The position numbers and the translations under genes are program-made. From Alphaproteobacteria bacterium (GTDB lineage Bacteria > Pseudomonadota > Alphaproteobacteria > UBA828), in the NCBI GenBank assembly GCA_963667785.2, contig CAXXMU010000005.1:64001-128000 (forward strand): a DNA stretch of 64,000 nucleotides, in the 5' to 3' direction. Position 1 is the first letter of the stretch; every line of letters starts with the position of its first letter. Of the stretch, positions 18,727-30,456 are shown piece by piece. The notes under the pieces were generated by a model. It saw only the letters and a list, made by a program, of their open reading frames with translations. It did no database searches and had not been told where the DNA came from.

Positions 18727-19467
18727 ATGGACCTCTCCGCAATCGGCATCGTCTCCGTCTTCGCGGCCGGGCTGATCTCGTTCCTCTCCCCCTGCGTCCT
18801 GCCGCTGGTGCCGGGCTACGTCTCCTACGTCGCCGGTGGCTCGCTCGAGGAGCTGCGGGACGAGGCCGGGCTCTCCCGCCGCCGGATGGCGGCGATGGTG
18901 CTGAGCGCCTTCTTCGTCCTCGGCTTCACGGCGGTCTTCGTGGCGCTCGGCGCGAGCGCGAGCGCCGTGGGCTCGTTCCTGCTCCAGCACAAGACGATCT
19001 TCGAGTATGCGGCAGGCGGGGTGATCATCCTCTTCGGGCTCTATCTCGTCGGACTGATCAGGATCCCGTTCTTCGAGCGCGAGATGCGCTTCGCGGGCCG
19101 CGTCACGGGCGGCCGGCCGGCGAGCGCGTTCCTGCTGGGGGCGGCCTTCGCCTTCGGCTGGACGCCCTGCATCGGCCCGGTGCTGGGCGGCATCCTGACG
19201 CTGACCGCCACCAGCGCCGATGTCGGCCAGGGCGTCGCGCTGCTCACGATCTACTCGCTGGGGCTCGGCGTCCCCTTCCTGATCGCGGCCGCGTTCACCG
19301 GCTTCTTCCTGCGCCACATGCGGCGCATCCGCCGGGTGAGCAGGCCGCTGCAGATCGGCGCCGGCGTTATCCTCGTGGCGATGGGGATAGCCCTCATCAC
19401 CGGCTATCTCAGCTCCGTCGCCTTCTGGCTGCTGGAGGCCTTCCCAGCACTCTCCACGATCGGCTAG
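18727..19467 (+). CDS. ccdA: Cytochrome c biogenesis protein CcdA
   Basis: SFLSPCVLPLVPGY and GWTPCIGPVLG cysteine motifs. Confidence 0.92.
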   Translation: MDLSAIGIVSVFAAGLISFLSPCVLPLVPGYVSYVAGGSLEELRDEAGLSRRRMAAMVLSAFFVLGFTAVFVALGASASAVGSFLLQHKTIFEYAAGGVIILFGLYLVGLIRIPFFEREMRFAGRVTGGRPASAFLLGAAFAFGWTPCIGPVLGGILTLTATSADVGQGVALLTIYSLGLGVPFLIAAAFTGFFLRHMRRIRRVSRPLQIGAGVILVAMGIALITGYLSSVAFWLLEAFPALSTIG

Positions 19468-19641
19468 AGGGTTTCCGTTTCGGACGGAAACCCTCTAGCC
19501 CTTTTTCGCTCACGGCAGCCGGCTTGAAGCCGGCGCCGTCGCGCGTCCACGCGCGCGGAGCGCACGATGCGAGCGCGCCGCATAAGCGGCGGGCCGCGGT
19601 CGCGGCCTGTCGCGAGCCCGCCGAATGCGGCCTCGCTCTAG
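19464..19641 (+). repeat. Palindromic element family 1, copy 2
   Basis: CTAGAGGGTTTCCGT...GCTCTAG; same core as 1991-2139 with an expanded central stem. Confidence 0.85.
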
Positions 19642-20543
19642 GGTGTAGCGCTGCCGCCAGTGCCTGCCTCGTCGGCGAGCAGGGCGGCGAGGCCGGCGCG
19701 GTAGTCGGGGAAGCGGAGCGTCACGCCGAGCTCGCGCTTGATCAGGTCGTTCGAGACCCGGCGGTTGTCCGCGTAGAAGCTCCGCGCCATCGGCGAGAGG
19801 TCGGCGTCCTCCAGCGGCGTGAGCGGCGGCGGCCGGGCGCCCAGAAGCGCGCAGGCGTGGGCGACCACGTCCGCCGCCGGCGCCGGCTCGTCGTCGCACA
19901 CGTTGTAGACGGCGCCCGCGCGCGGCCTCGCGATGGAGGCGGCGAGCACCTGGGCGATATCCGCCACGTGGATGCGGGAGAAGACCTGGCCGGGCTTCTC
20001 GATGCGCTTCGCCGCGCCGCGCCTGACGGCGGAGAGCGCGTTGCGCCCCGGCCCGTAGATGCCGGCCAGGCGAAAGACATGGACGGCGAGCCCGCGCTCT
20101 GCGCCGAGCGCGAGCCAGCCCCGCTCCGCCGCAAGCCGGCGCCTGCCGCGCGCGCCGGAGGGCGCCGGCACGGCGCTCTCGTCCACCCAGGCCCCACCGG
20201 TATCGCCGTAGACGCCCGTGGTGGAGAGATAGCCGATCCATTCCAGCCCGGACACGGCGGCGATGGCGTCGCCGTGGCAGTCGAGCGCGGGATCGCCCGC
20301 CTCGTCGGGCGGGATGGAGAGGAGGATGTGGGTCGCCCCCGCCAGCACCCGCGACGGATGGGCGAGCGGCGCCGCGCGCTCGAACGGCACGGCATCGACG
20401 CCCGCTGCCGCGAGCGCCCGGCACCCGGCCTGCGTCCGGCAGGTGCCGGCGAGCGAGAAGCCGGCGGGGCCGAGCAGCGCGCCGAGGGCGTGCGCCGAGA
20501 AGCCGTAGCCGAAGCAGAAGAGCCGCTTGCCGCCGGCCGTCAT
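19638..20543 (-). CDS. NAD-dependent epimerase / atypical SDR
   Basis: FGYGFSA, YLSTTGVYGD, FRLAGIYGPGR, SRIHVADI, YNVCDDEP. Confidence 0.88.
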   Translation of the reverse strand: MTAGGKRLFCFGYGFSAHALGALLGPAGFSLAGTCRTQAGCRALAAAGVDAVPFERAAPLAHPSRVLAGATHILLSIPPDEAGDPALDCHGDAIAAVSGLEWIGYLSTTGVYGDTGGAWVDESAVPAPSGARGRRRLAAERGWLALGAERGLAVHVFRLAGIYGPGRNALSAVRRGAAKRIEKPGQVFSRIHVADIAQVLAASIARPRAGAVYNVCDDEPAPAADVVAHACALLGARPPPLTPLEDADLSPMARSFYADNRRVSNDLIKRELGVTLRFPDYRAGLAALLADEAGTGGSATP

Positions 20544-21724
20544 CGCGGGCCGGGCGTCGCCGCATCGGTCCGGCGCCATTCCTCCAGCACCGCAGGGTCG
20601 CGCTCAGCCGGCGCGAAGCGGGCGCGGAGCGCGTCGTGGTCGGCCTGCGGCGCGAGCCGGGCGGACGCCCAGACCGCCATGGCGCGCACCAGCGGCGAGG
20701 GGTCCGCGAGCAGCCGTCGGGCGGCCGGCCAGACCGCCGCATCGCCGCAATTGCCGATGGCGATCAGCACGTTGCGGACGAAGCGATCGCGCCCGATCCG
20801 CTTGATCGGGCTGCCGGCGAAGACCGCCCTGAAGGCGCGGTCGTCGAGCCCGGCGAGATCGGCGAGCCGCGGCGCCGTCAGCTCCGCGCGCGGCAGGAAG
20901 GCGTGCTCCTCCGTGCGGCGCGCGTACTTGTTCCACGGGCAGACCGCGAGGCAGTCGTCGCAGCCGTAGATGCGGTTGCCCATGGCCGCGCGGAACTCCG
21001 GCGCGATGTGCCCCTTGTGCTCGATCGTGAGGTAGGAGATGCAGCGCCTGGCGTCGAGCCGGTAGGGCGCGGGGAAGGCGTCGGTCGGGCAGATGTCGAG
21101 GCAGCGGCGGCAGGAGCCGCAATGGTCGTCCTCGCCCTCGTCCGGCGCGAGATCGAGGGTGGTGAAGAGCTCGCCGAGGAAGAGCCACGAGCCGTGACGG
21201 CGGGAGACCAGGTTGGTGTGCTTGCCCTGCCAGCCGAGCCCGGCGCGGGCCGCGAGCGGCTTCTCCATCACCGGCGCCGTGTCCACGAAGAGCTTGACCT
21301 CGGCGCCGAAGCCGTCCGCCACGAAGCGCGCGAGCCTCCTCAGCCGGCCCTTCATCACCGCGTGGTAGTCGCGCCCCTGCGCGTAGGCCGAGACGATGCC
21401 CCGCGTGGGCGTCCGCAGCAGGCGCAGGGGATCGTGCGCCGGGCCGTAGCTGATGCCGACCGCCACGACGCTGCGCGCCTCCGGCCAGAGCGCGCGGGGG
21501 GCGCTGCGCCGGGCCGCCGTGCGCGGCAGCCACGCCATGTCCCCGGCATAGCCGAGGCGCAGGAACTGCCTGAGCGCCGCGGCGTCCTCGGGCGCGTCGT
21601 CGGCGCGGGCCACGCCCACCGCCTGGAACCCGAGGCTGCGGGCGTGCGAGAGGATCGCCGCCCTGGCGTGACCGGGAGCGGTCGCGGCCCGCGCCACGGG
21701 CGCGCTATCAGCGCTCTTCGGCAC
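20540..21724 (-). CDS. queG: Epoxyqueuosine reductase
   Basis: [48 protein letters not shown]. Confidence 0.95.
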   Translation of the reverse strand: MPKSADSAPVARAATAPGHARAAILSHARSLGFQAVGVARADDAPEDAAALRQFLRLGYAGDMAWLPRTAARRSAPRALWPEARSVVAVGISYGPAHDPLRLLRTPTRGIVSAYAQGRDYHAVMKGRLRRLARFVADGFGAEVKLFVDTAPVMEKPLAARAGLGWQGKHTNLVSRRHGSWLFLGELFTTLDLAPDEGEDDHCGSCRRCLDICPTDAFPAPYRLDARRCISYLTIEHKGHIAPEFRAAMGNRIYGCDDCLAVCPWNKYARRTEEHAFLPRAELTAPRLADLAGLDDRAFRAVFAGSPIKRIGRDRFVRNVLIAIGNCGDAAVWPAARRLLADPSPLVRAMAVWASARLAPQADHDALRARFAPAERDPAVLEEWRRTDAATPGPR

Positions 21725-22205
21725 TCTCGATCAGCATGTCGAGGGCGGCCTCCACGGTCGCCAGCCGGATCGCGGCGCGTGCGCCCGGATAGACCGTGCG
21801 CCGGTGGGAGACCGCCCCGCCCGGCCCGGCGCAGGCGTGGTGCACCAGGCCCACGGGCTTCGACGGCGTCCCCCCGCCGGGGCCCGCGATCCCGGTCACC
21901 GCGACCGCGAGATCGGCGCCGGACCGCGCCAGCGCGCCTGCCGCCATGGCGCGTGCCACCTCCTCGCTCACCGCGCCCACTTCCGCGAGCAGCGCGTCGG
22001 GCACGCCCAGCAGGTCGCGCTTGGCCTCGTCGGCGTAGGTGACGAAGCCGCGGTCGACCACGTCCGACGAGCCTGCGACCTCGGTGAGGCACGCGGCGAT
22101 CAGCCCGCCGGTGCAGGATTCGGCCGTGGCGATGCGCAGGCCCTGCGCCCGGCAGAGCGCGAGCAGGTGCTCGGCGCGGGCGATGGCAGCGGGCGGAAAG
22201 GTCAC
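21708..22205 (-). CDS. cinA: CinA/PncC-family NMN deamidase
   Basis: [32 protein letters not shown]; GTG overlaps pgpA stop. Confidence 0.9.
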   Translation of the reverse strand: MTFPPAAIARAEHLLALCRAQGLRIATAESCTGGLIAACLTEVAGSSDVVDRGFVTYADEAKRDLLGVPDALLAEVGAVSEEVARAMAAGALARSGADLAVAVTGIAGPGGGTPSKPVGLVHHACAGPGGAVSHRRTVYPGARAAIRLATVEAALDMLIESAEER

Positions 22206-22687
22206 AGCCACACCCACAGGTTCCACAGAACGACGGCCGCGAAGATGCCGGCCACCACGTCGTCCAGCATCACGCCGAGGCCGCCCTTCACGTGCCGGTC
22301 GACGAGGACGATGGGCCAGGGCTTCAACACGTCGAAGAGCCGGAAGAGCACGAAGCCGATGCCGTAGGCGGCGGGGTCCGCCGGCACCAGCAGCAGGGCG
22401 ATCCACTGGCCCGCCACCTCGTCGACCACGATCGCAGGGGAATCGCGCCTGCCCGTGCGCCGCTCGCAGGCGCCCGCCGCCCAGATGCCGATCGCGAGCA
22501 GGACCAGCGTGGCGGCGGCAAGCCCGATCGTGCCAGCATAGCTCCTGAGCAGCCACGCCGCCGGCAGCGCCAGCGCGGACGCCGCCGTGCCCGGCGCCCA
22601 GCGGACGAGACCCAGGCCGCAGCAGGTCGCGACCAGGGTCGCCGGATGGCGCAGGTCGAGGCGGGCGGCGCCTGTGTCAGCCGCCAT
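22202..22687 (-). CDS. pgpA: Phosphatidylglycerophosphatase A
   Basis: [39 protein letters not shown]. Confidence 0.93.
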   Translation of the reverse strand: MAADTGAARLDLRHPATLVATCCGLGLVRWAPGTAASALALPAAWLLRSYAGTIGLAAATLVLLAIGIWAAGACERRTGRRDSPAIVVDEVAGQWIALLLVPADPAAYGIGFVLFRLFDVLKPWPIVLVDRHVKGGLGVMLDDVVAGIFAAVVLWNLWVWL

Positions 22688-23903
22688 CGCCCGGCGCCGT
22701 CGGGAGGCGGACCGTGGCGAGCGCCTGCGCGGCGATGCCCTCGCCCCGCCCGGCGAAGCCGAGACGCTCGGTGGTGGTCGCCTTGAGGCTGATCCGGGAC
22801 TCGTCCAGGCCGAGCAGGGCGGACAGCCTGGCCAGCATCGCCGCACGGTGCGGGCCGATCCGGGGCCGCTCGCAGATCAGCGTGACATCGACATGGCAGA
22901 GCCGCCCGCCGCGCTCGCCGAGCAGCGCCAGCGCATGGGCCGCGAAGCCGGCGGAATCCGCGCCTCGCCAGGCCTCGTCCGACGGCGGAAAGTGGGTGCC
23001 GATGTCGCCGGCGGCGAGCGCGCCCAGGATCGCGTCGACGATGGCGTGAAGCCCCACGTCGCCGTCGGAATGGCCGATCACGCCGCTTTCGTGCGGCACC
23101 GCCACGCCGCACAGCATGAGATGGTCGCCCGGACCGAAACGATGGACGTCGAAGCCCATGCCGACGCGGGTCTCGAAGGCCGCCTCTGCCGCGCGCGCGC
23201 TGCGTCCGTCGTCCGCCGCCAGGATGCGCTCGGCACGGGCGAAGTCCCGCTCGGTGGTGATCTTCAGGTTGTCCTCGTCGCCGGCGGTGAGCGCCACGCC
23301 GAGGCCGGCGCTCTCGGCAACCGCGGCATCGTCGGTCAGCGTGCCGCCCGCGGCGCTGCGGTGGGCGGCGAGGATCGCGGCATAGCGGAACCCCTGCGGG
23401 GTCTGGGCGCGCCAGAGGCCCTCGCGCGGCACCGAGCCCGCGACCACGGCCTCGCCCGGCGCCGCCCGCTTGAGGCTGTCGCTCACCGCGAGCGCGGGCA
23501 GCGCGCCCTCATGGCCGGCCAGCGCGGCGAGCGCGCCGTCGATCACCGCCGCCGGCACCAGGGGACGGGCGCCGTCATGGATCAGCACCAGGTCGGGCGG
23601 CACGTCGGCCAGGCTCTCGAGGCCGCGCAGCACCGATTCCTGGCGGCTCGCGCCGCCGGCGACGGGCGCGAGCAGCTTGCCCGCCCCGGTGTCCACGCTC
23701 CCCCGCATCGCATCGTCGTAGAGCGGCCGGTCGGAAGGGTCGATGACCACCCGCACCCGGTCCACGCCTGGGTGCGCCGCGAAGCGCCGCACGCTGTGAC
23801 CGAGCACCGCGCGCCCCGCGAGCGGCCGGTACTGCTTGGGAAGCGGCCCGCCGACCCGCACGCCGCGCCCGGCGGCGACGATCAGGGCCGCGGTGGTGGC
23901 CAT
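22677..23903 (-). CDS. ispDF: Bifunctional IspD/IspF
   Basis: AAGRGVR, PKQY, HDGARP, QTPQGF; GFDVH, GHSDGDV, KATTTE. Confidence 0.95.
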   Translation of the reverse strand: MATTAALIVAAGRGVRVGGPLPKQYRPLAGRAVLGHSVRRFAAHPGVDRVRVVIDPSDRPLYDDAMRGSVDTGAGKLLAPVAGGASRQESVLRGLESLADVPPDLVLIHDGARPLVPAAVIDGALAALAGHEGALPALAVSDSLKRAAPGEAVVAGSVPREGLWRAQTPQGFRYAAILAAHRSAAGGTLTDDAAVAESAGLGVALTAGDEDNLKITTERDFARAERILAADDGRSARAAEAAFETRVGMGFDVHRFGPGDHLMLCGVAVPHESGVIGHSDGDVGLHAIVDAILGALAAGDIGTHFPPSDEAWRGADSAGFAAHALALLGERGGRLCHVDVTLICERPRIGPHRAAMLARLSALLGLDESRISLKATTTERLGFAGRGEGIAAQALATVRLPTAPGDGG

Positions 23904-24132
23904 CCTCCCCCTCAGTCTCCGGCGGAGCCGGCAGCGGGGCGACGGCTGGCCGCGCAATCCGTTGCAATAGCGCCCATTTCCCCACCAACGATCCGTCTGC
24001 CCCAGCCACGCGGGGAACCTCGCGCGCCCGACGATGCGGCAGGAATCGAGCCTAGCATAGCATCAAGGCAGCGCTCGGGTGGGGAGCGCCCGTTCCGCCA
24101 GGATGGGATCGGGCGGACCGGCCAGCCTGCGC

Positions 24133-25566
24133 TCAGCGCGTGCCGCCGAAACCCGCGGCCAGGTCTTCGCGCACGAGAACGCCGCCCATGCCCTCGTGGC
24201 TCGGGCCGAAGAACACGCCCGTCACCGTGCCGGCGTCGCCGCCGGTCCGGACGAAGCTGTTGCCCCGCACCTCGATCCGGTAGCTGAGGGCGCCGGCGCC
24301 CCACATGGTTCCGCTCCCCGCCGCTCCCGGCGCCGCATCGGCCGGCCAGCGTTCGAGCGCGCCGAGCTCCAGCACGCCGGAGAGCGTTTCCAGGGCGACC
24401 CTGAGGTCGGCCGCGCCGGCCACGGTCTCGGCCTCGGGCGTGAGTCCCAGCAAGCGGCCGGACCAGAGGACGCTGCCCGAGAGCCCGGCGTTGTCCTCGA
24501 GATCGGCGCCGGGTGTCGGCCCGGTCGCCCATGGCTGCGACAGGCCGTTCCGCAGCGCGGCGCCGAAGGCGATCTCGCCGCCCGCCGCGGCGAGCGTGCC
24601 GCGAACGTGCAGCGACGCGTCCGCCCAGGGGCCGAGCTCGTCCGCGATGGCGCCCGGCAGGGTCGCGGCCTCGAAGCGGTCGTAGACCGCGAGCAGCGCC
24701 TCACGGTCGAGCGGGTGGAGAATGTGGCCGGAGAGCTCCTCGCTCCCGCCCCCCACCATGAGGGTCTCCGGGAACCGCCCGGCGTCCACGTGGCCGCGGC
24801 CGAGCAGGTGGATGAGCTCGTGCGCGATGACGCCGAGCCGCTCCAGCCCGGCGGTCAGCGCGGGGTCCACCCAGACCCGGCCGGCCACGATCTCGATCGC
24901 GAACGGCAGGGCCGGGTCTCCGGTGGGCTGGATCGCGTAGCGCGGCACCGCGATCCCGTAGTCCTCGTCTGCCGGCACGATGGCCTCGGCCGGCCACTCC
25001 CCTTGCGGGGCGAAGGTGACCAGGATCTCGCCGTCCGGGAGATCCGGCGCGTCGGCGGGCAGGGGTTCGGCACCGAAGCCGAGCTGCCAGTGGCGGGGCA
25101 GGGCCGCGTTGATCGCCTGAACCACGCGCACCGTCTCGTCGAGCAGCGCGGGCGGCGTCCCCTGCGCCACGCGGACCGTCGGCGGCAGCGCCCCGAAGCG
25201 GAAGACGAGGCCGTCGGGAAGCGGCTGCTGGTCCGCGCCCTCCCCATCGCCCTGGTCCCCGAAGGAGGCCGCGTCCGCCCGCAGATAGGCGATCACCTCC
25301 GCCGCGCCGAGGCCGTCGCGGATCGACCCGTGGGAAACCTGCGTCTCCCCGTGGCGGGCGGCGGGCGCAAGTCGGGCGGCCGGCGCGGCCACGTCCGCCC
25401 CCACATGCAGCCTGCCGTCGAGGCTCACCAGGGGAGCCTGGGGCGCATGAAGCGGCGTCTGCAGCGGCAGCGCGGGGGGATCGGCGGTCGGCGCGTCGTC
25501 CTTTCCGGCGCAGGCGGCCAGCAGCGCCGCGACGCAGACCGCGAGACCCGCCCTCACGAACGCCAT
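24133..25566 (-). CDS. Lipoprotein with metzincin Zn-protease motif and C-terminal TbpB-like barrel
   Basis: Lipobox LLAAC; HELIHLLGRGH with TLM Met-turn; C-terminal VTGVFFGPSHEGMGG...AGFGGTR. Confidence 0.7.
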   Translation of the reverse strand: MAFVRAGLAVCVAALLAACAGKDDAPTADPPALPLQTPLHAPQAPLVSLDGRLHVGADVAAPAARLAPAARHGETQVSHGSIRDGLGAAEVIAYLRADAASFGDQGDGEGADQQPLPDGLVFRFGALPPTVRVAQGTPPALLDETVRVVQAINAALPRHWQLGFGAEPLPADAPDLPDGEILVTFAPQGEWPAEAIVPADEDYGIAVPRYAIQPTGDPALPFAIEIVAGRVWVDPALTAGLERLGVIAHELIHLLGRGHVDAGRFPETLMVGGGSEELSGHILHPLDREALLAVYDRFEAATLPGAIADELGPWADASLHVRGTLAAAGGEIAFGAALRNGLSQPWATGPTPGADLEDNAGLSGSVLWSGRLLGLTPEAETVAGAADLRVALETLSGVLELGALERWPADAAPGAAGSGTMWGAGALSYRIEVRGNSFVRTGGDAGTVTGVFFGPSHEGMGGVLVREDLAAGFGGTR

Positions 25567-25615
25567 GGCATGGCTCCCGCGGCCGGGCCTCCACAGGAAC
25601 CGGGAGGGAGGCCGG

Positions 25616-25691
25616 TGGTGCCGGCGGCAGGACTCGAACCCGCAACCCCTTGATTACAAATCAAGTGCTCTACCGGTTGAGCTACGCCGGC
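25616..25691 (-). tRNA. tRNA-Thr(TGT)
   Basis: Reverse complement GCCGGCGTAGCTCAACCGGTAGAGC..CTTGA-TT-TGT-AA-TCAAG..GTTCGAG..ACCA, 76 nt. Confidence 0.96.
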
Positions 25692-25823
25692 CGATCCATG
25701 GCGGTGCCCGCGGATGGTCACCCTAGCCCCGCCTTCAAGCGCGACCGCCCATGCGTGTCAAGCGCCTCGTCCGCCGCCGTGCCCGCTCGCGCGGCCGATC
25801 GGGCGCGCTGGCGGCTGCCCCGC

Positions 25824-26660
25824 TCATCGCCGCGCGACCTCGTAGAGGGCGATGGCGGCCGCGTTGGAGACGTTGAGGCTCGCCATCGCGCCCGGCAAGG
25901 GAATGCTGGCGGTCAGGTCGCAGCGCTCGCGCGTCAGCCGCCGCATGCCCTGGCCCTCGGCCCCCAGCACAAGCGCGAGCGGCGCCTGGACGTCGACGGC
26001 GGCCAGCGGCTCGGCGGCATCGGGGTCGAGGCCGAGACACCAGAAGCCGAGCTCCTTCAGCACGACGAGCGTGCGTGCGATGTTGACGACCCGGGCGAGC
26101 GGCACCGTTTCCAGCGCGCCGGAGGCGGCCTTGGCGAGCGCGCCGGCGCTCTGCGGCGAGTGGCGGTCCTGGATGACCACGGCGTCGACCGCGAACGCCG
26201 CCGCCGAGCGCAGGATCGCGCCGACGTTCTGCGGATCGGTCACCTGGTCGAGGACGAGGACCGTGCCCGCGCCGCCCTCCGCCTGTGCCGCCGCGCGGCA
26301 GGCCGAGGCGAGATCGACCGCCGGCAGCGGCGCCGTTTCCAACACGATGCCCTGATGCACGGCGCCCTCCGGCAGGAGCGCCGCGAGATCGTGGCGGGAG
26401 ACGATCTGCGGCGCATCGAGGAGCGCCCGGGCCGCGAGCGGCAGCGCGCGGGGGTCGAGGCGGCCGGCGAGCTGCTCGGCGCCCTCCTGCGTCACGATCA
26501 GCCGGTGGCAGCGGCGGCTCGGGTTGGCGAGCGCGGCGGCCACCGCGTGGGCGCCGTAGAGGCGCTCGCGCCGCGGCCGCGCCTGCCGGCGCTGCTCCTG
26601 ATGCGTGCGCCGGCGCACTGGCGTTCGCTCGCGCGGGCGTCGAGAACTGTTGCGTGACAT
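25824..26660 (-). CDS. rlmB: 23S rRNA Gm2251 methyltransferase RlmB (TrmH family)
   Basis: LYGAHAV, HQG, DQVTDPQNVGAILRS, GAEGQG, SLNVSNA. Confidence 0.88.
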   Translation of the reverse strand: MSRNSSRRPRERTPVRRRTHQEQRRQARPRRERLYGAHAVAAALANPSRRCHRLIVTQEGAEQLAGRLDPRALPLAARALLDAPQIVSRHDLAALLPEGAVHQGIVLETAPLPAVDLASACRAAAQAEGGAGTVLVLDQVTDPQNVGAILRSAAAFAVDAVVIQDRHSPQSAGALAKAASGALETVPLARVVNIARTLVVLKELGFWCLGLDPDAAEPLAAVDVQAPLALVLGAEGQGMRRLTRERCDLTASIPLPGAMASLNVSNAAAIALYEVARR

Positions 26661-26793
26661 GACGCACCCTATTATAAGACATCCATCCCTATTGCGAGAC
26701 GCCCCGGCAAGCGGGCCGCTTGGCGCGCGCGGCGACGCCGCTGCCGTGGCGGACGGCGGTCTCGTGGGCCTTCGGGGAGAGTTCCTTTGGGCG

Positions 26794-26821
26794 TTGACAT
26801 TCCATCGCTAATCTCCATAGT
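26794..26821 (+). promoter_or_regulatory. Sigma70 promoter of the tRNA-Tyr/Gly-tuf operon
   Basis: TTGACA (26794-26799), 16-nt spacer, CATAGT (26816-26821), GC-rich discriminator. Confidence 0.6.
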
Positions 26822-26858
26822 GCGCGCTTCCGAGTCCCGGGCGCGTCCACCTCGGCGC

Positions 26859-26944
26859 GGAGGGGTGGCCGAGTGGTTAAAGGCAGCAGACTGTAAATCT
26901 GCCGACGTATGTCTACGTAGGTTCGAATCCTACCCCCTCCACCA
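26859..26944 (+). tRNA. tRNA-Tyr(GTA)
   Basis: GGAGGGGTGGCCGAGTGG..GCAGA-CT-GTA-AA-TCTGC, long variable arm, GTTCGAATCC, CCA end. Confidence 0.97.
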
Positions 26945-26996
26945 CGCGTGCGCGCCGTTCGCACGGCGTGTGCTGGGCGTGGCGGGCACGGGTCGG

Positions 26997-27070
26997 GCGG
27001 GTGTAGCTCAATGGTAGAGCCCCAGCCTTCCAAGCTGGTTACGTGGGTTCGATTCCCATCACCCGCTCCA
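26997..27070 (+). tRNA. tRNA-Gly(TCC)
   Basis: GCGGGTGTAGCTCAATGG..CCAGC-CT-TCC-AA-GCTGG..GTTCGATT..CCA, 74 nt. Confidence 0.97.
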
Positions 27071-27161
27071 GCGTTTCTGGCCGGCACCGGTTCTTCGGCG
27101 CCCGGTATGTGACTCCTCTAGAACCGCCGCGGCGATGCGGCGGCCGCAGGAAAAGGCACCG

Positions 27162-28352
<1,191 letters not shown>

Positions 28353-28386
28353 AGCGCGAGATGCAGGCGCGACGCGCAGACGGAAT

Positions 28387-28462
28387 AGGAGTGTAGCTCA
28401 ATTGGTAGAGCGCCGGTCTCCAAAACCGGAGGTTGGGGGTTCGAGACCCTCCACTCCTGCCA
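28387..28462 (+). tRNA. tRNA-Trp(CCA)
   Basis: AGGAGTGTAGCTCAATTGG..CCGGT-CT-CCA-AA-ACCGG..CCA; typical position between tuf and secE. Confidence 0.97.
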
Positions 28463-28490
28463 TCCGCACGGGCAGGGGAGCGTGCTGACC

Positions 28491-28688
28491 ATGGCCCGCA
28501 CGCCGCCGCTGGAGTTTCTGCGCCAGGCACGACAGGAGATCGGCAAGGTCACCTGGCCCACGCGCAAGGAGACGACCATCAGCACCATCATGGTGCTGAT
28601 CATGGTGATCCTCATGGCGATCTTCTTCTTCCTGGTCGATCAGGTGCTGTCGCTCGGGGTCCGGGCGGTGCTGGGGCTCGGCGGATGA
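28491..28688 (+). CDS. secE: Preprotein translocase SecE
   Basis: [10 protein letters not shown] followed by a TM helix. Confidence 0.95.
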   Translation: MARTPPLEFLRQARQEIGKVTWPTRKETTISTIMVLIMVILMAIFFFLVDQVLSLGVRAVLGLGG

Positions 28689-29263
28689 CCGACATGCAGG
28701 CAGCGGACGTGCAGGCGAACGGCGGCGACGGGCCCGCCCGGCGGTGGTACATCGTCCACGTCTACTCGGGCTTCGAGAAGAAGGTCGCGCAGTCGATCCG
28801 CGAGCAAGCGCGCCAGCAGGGTCTGGATCATCTGATCGCCGACGTCATGGTGCCCTCGGAAGAGGTCGTCGAGATGCGGCGCGGCGCCAAGGTGAAGTCG
28901 GAGCGCAAGTTCTTCCCGGGCTACGTGCTGGCGCACATCAGCATGACCGACGAGACCTGGCACCTGATCAACAACACGCCGAAGGTGACCGGCTTCCTCG
29001 GCAGCGGCGGCAAGCCGGTGCCGATCAGCGACGACGAGGCGGATCGCGTGCTGAGGCAGGTCAAGGAGGGCGTCGAGCGGCCCAAGCCCTCGGTCATCTT
29101 CGAGATCGGCGAGACCGTGCGGGTCTGCGACGGCCCCTTCACCTCCTTCAGCGGACTGGTGGAGGAGGTCGACGAGGAGCGGGCGCGCCTCAAGGTCGCG
29201 GTATCGATCTTCGGCCGGGCGACGCCGGTCGAGCTGGAATACGCCCAGGTCGAGAAGGCCTGA
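28685..29263 (+). CDS. nusG: Transcription factor NusG
   Basis: [36 protein letters not shown]. Confidence 0.97.
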   Translation: MTDMQAADVQANGGDGPARRWYIVHVYSGFEKKVAQSIREQARQQGLDHLIADVMVPSEEVVEMRRGAKVKSERKFFPGYVLAHISMTDETWHLINNTPKVTGFLGSGGKPVPISDDEADRVLRQVKEGVERPKPSVIFEIGETVRVCDGPFTSFSGLVEEVDEERARLKVAVSIFGRATPVELEYAQVEKA

Positions 29264-29281
29264 CGGCGGGGCGGGAGCGAC

Positions 29282-29713
29282 ATGGCCAAGCGAGTGACGG
29301 GGACGATCAAGCTGCAGGTGCCGGCGGGGCAGGCCAACCCGTCGCCGCCGATCGGGCCGGCGCTCGGCCAGGCCGGCCTGAACATCATGGAGTTCTGCAA
29401 GACCTTCAACGCCCAGACGCAGAACCTCGAGCCCGGCATGCCGATCCCGACGGTGATCTCGGTCTACCAGGACCGGAGCTTCTCGTTCGTGACCAAGAGC
29501 CCGCCGGCGAGCTACTTCCTCAAGAAGGCGGCGGGCGTGGACAAGGGCTCCGAGACGGTCGGCCGGATCGACCCGGTGGGCCAGGTGAGCCGCGCGCAGG
29601 TGCGCGAGATCGCGGAGAAGAAGATGGTGGACCTCAACGCCGACGACATCGACGCCGCATGCCGCATCATCGAGGGATCGGCGCGCTCGATCGGCATCCA
29701 GGTGGTGGGCTGA
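29282..29713 (+). CDS. rplK: 50S ribosomal protein L11
   Basis: [20 protein letters not shown]. Confidence 0.98.
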   Translation: MAKRVTGTIKLQVPAGQANPSPPIGPALGQAGLNIMEFCKTFNAQTQNLEPGMPIPTVISVYQDRSFSFVTKSPPASYFLKKAAGVDKGSETVGRIDPVGQVSRAQVREIAEKKMVDLNADDIDAACRIIEGSARSIGIQVVG

Positions 29714-29718
29714 CGGCG

Positions 29719-30429
29719 ATGGCTGGGCAGGGCAAGAGGATGCGACAGGCCAGGGAGCGGATCGACCGCGACCGGACCTACCCGCTCGGCGAGGCGATCT
29801 CGCTGGTGAAGCAGGGCGCCAAGGCGAAGTTCGACGAGACGGTCGAGATGAGCGTCGGCCTCGGCGTCGACCCGCGCCATGCGGACCAGATGGTGCGCGG
29901 CGTCGTGGCGCTGCCGCACGGCACCGGCAAGTCGGTGCGCGTCGCCGTCTTCGCCAAGGGCGACAAGGCCGAGGACGCGCGCGCCGCAGGCGCCGACCTG
30001 GTGGGCGACGAGGACCTCGCGGCGGACGTGCAGGGCGGCAAGATCGAGTTCGACCGCTGCATCGCGACGCCCGACATGATGCCGATCGTCGGCAAGCTCG
30101 GCCGCATCCTCGGGCCACGCGGCCTGATGCCGAACCCGAAGCTCGGCACGGTGACGGCGGACGTGAGCGAGGCCGTGCAAGCCGCCAAGGGCGGCCAGGT
30201 CGAGTTCCGGGTGGAGAAGGCCGGCATCGTCCATGCCGGCATCGGCAAGGCGAGCTTCGAGGAGCAGGCGCTGGCCGAGAACGCGCGCGCGCTGGTGGAT
30301 GCGCTCAACCGGGCGAAGCCGAGCGGCGCCAAGGGAACCTACATGAAGCGGGCGGCGCTCAGCTCCTCCCAGGGACCGGGCGTGAAGCTCGATGTCGCCG
30401 CCCTGCTGGCGGAGAGGGCGGCGCCGTGA
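29719..30429 (+). CDS. rplA: 50S ribosomal protein L1
   Basis: [31 protein letters not shown]. Confidence 0.98.
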   Translation: MAGQGKRMRQARERIDRDRTYPLGEAISLVKQGAKAKFDETVEMSVGLGVDPRHADQMVRGVVALPHGTGKSVRVAVFAKGDKAEDARAAGADLVGDEDLAADVQGGKIEFDRCIATPDMMPIVGKLGRILGPRGLMPNPKLGTVTADVSEAVQAAKGGQVEFRVEKAGIVHAGIGKASFEEQALAENARALVDALNRAKPSGAKGTYMKRAALSSSQGPGVKLDVAALLAERAAP

Positions 30430-30456
30430 TGGCTGCCCGCCAGGCCGGAGGACGTC

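Noticed and set aside
25567-25691. Integrative element at tRNA-Thr
   Set aside because: No integrase and no duplicated tRNA 3' end (att site) seen in the window
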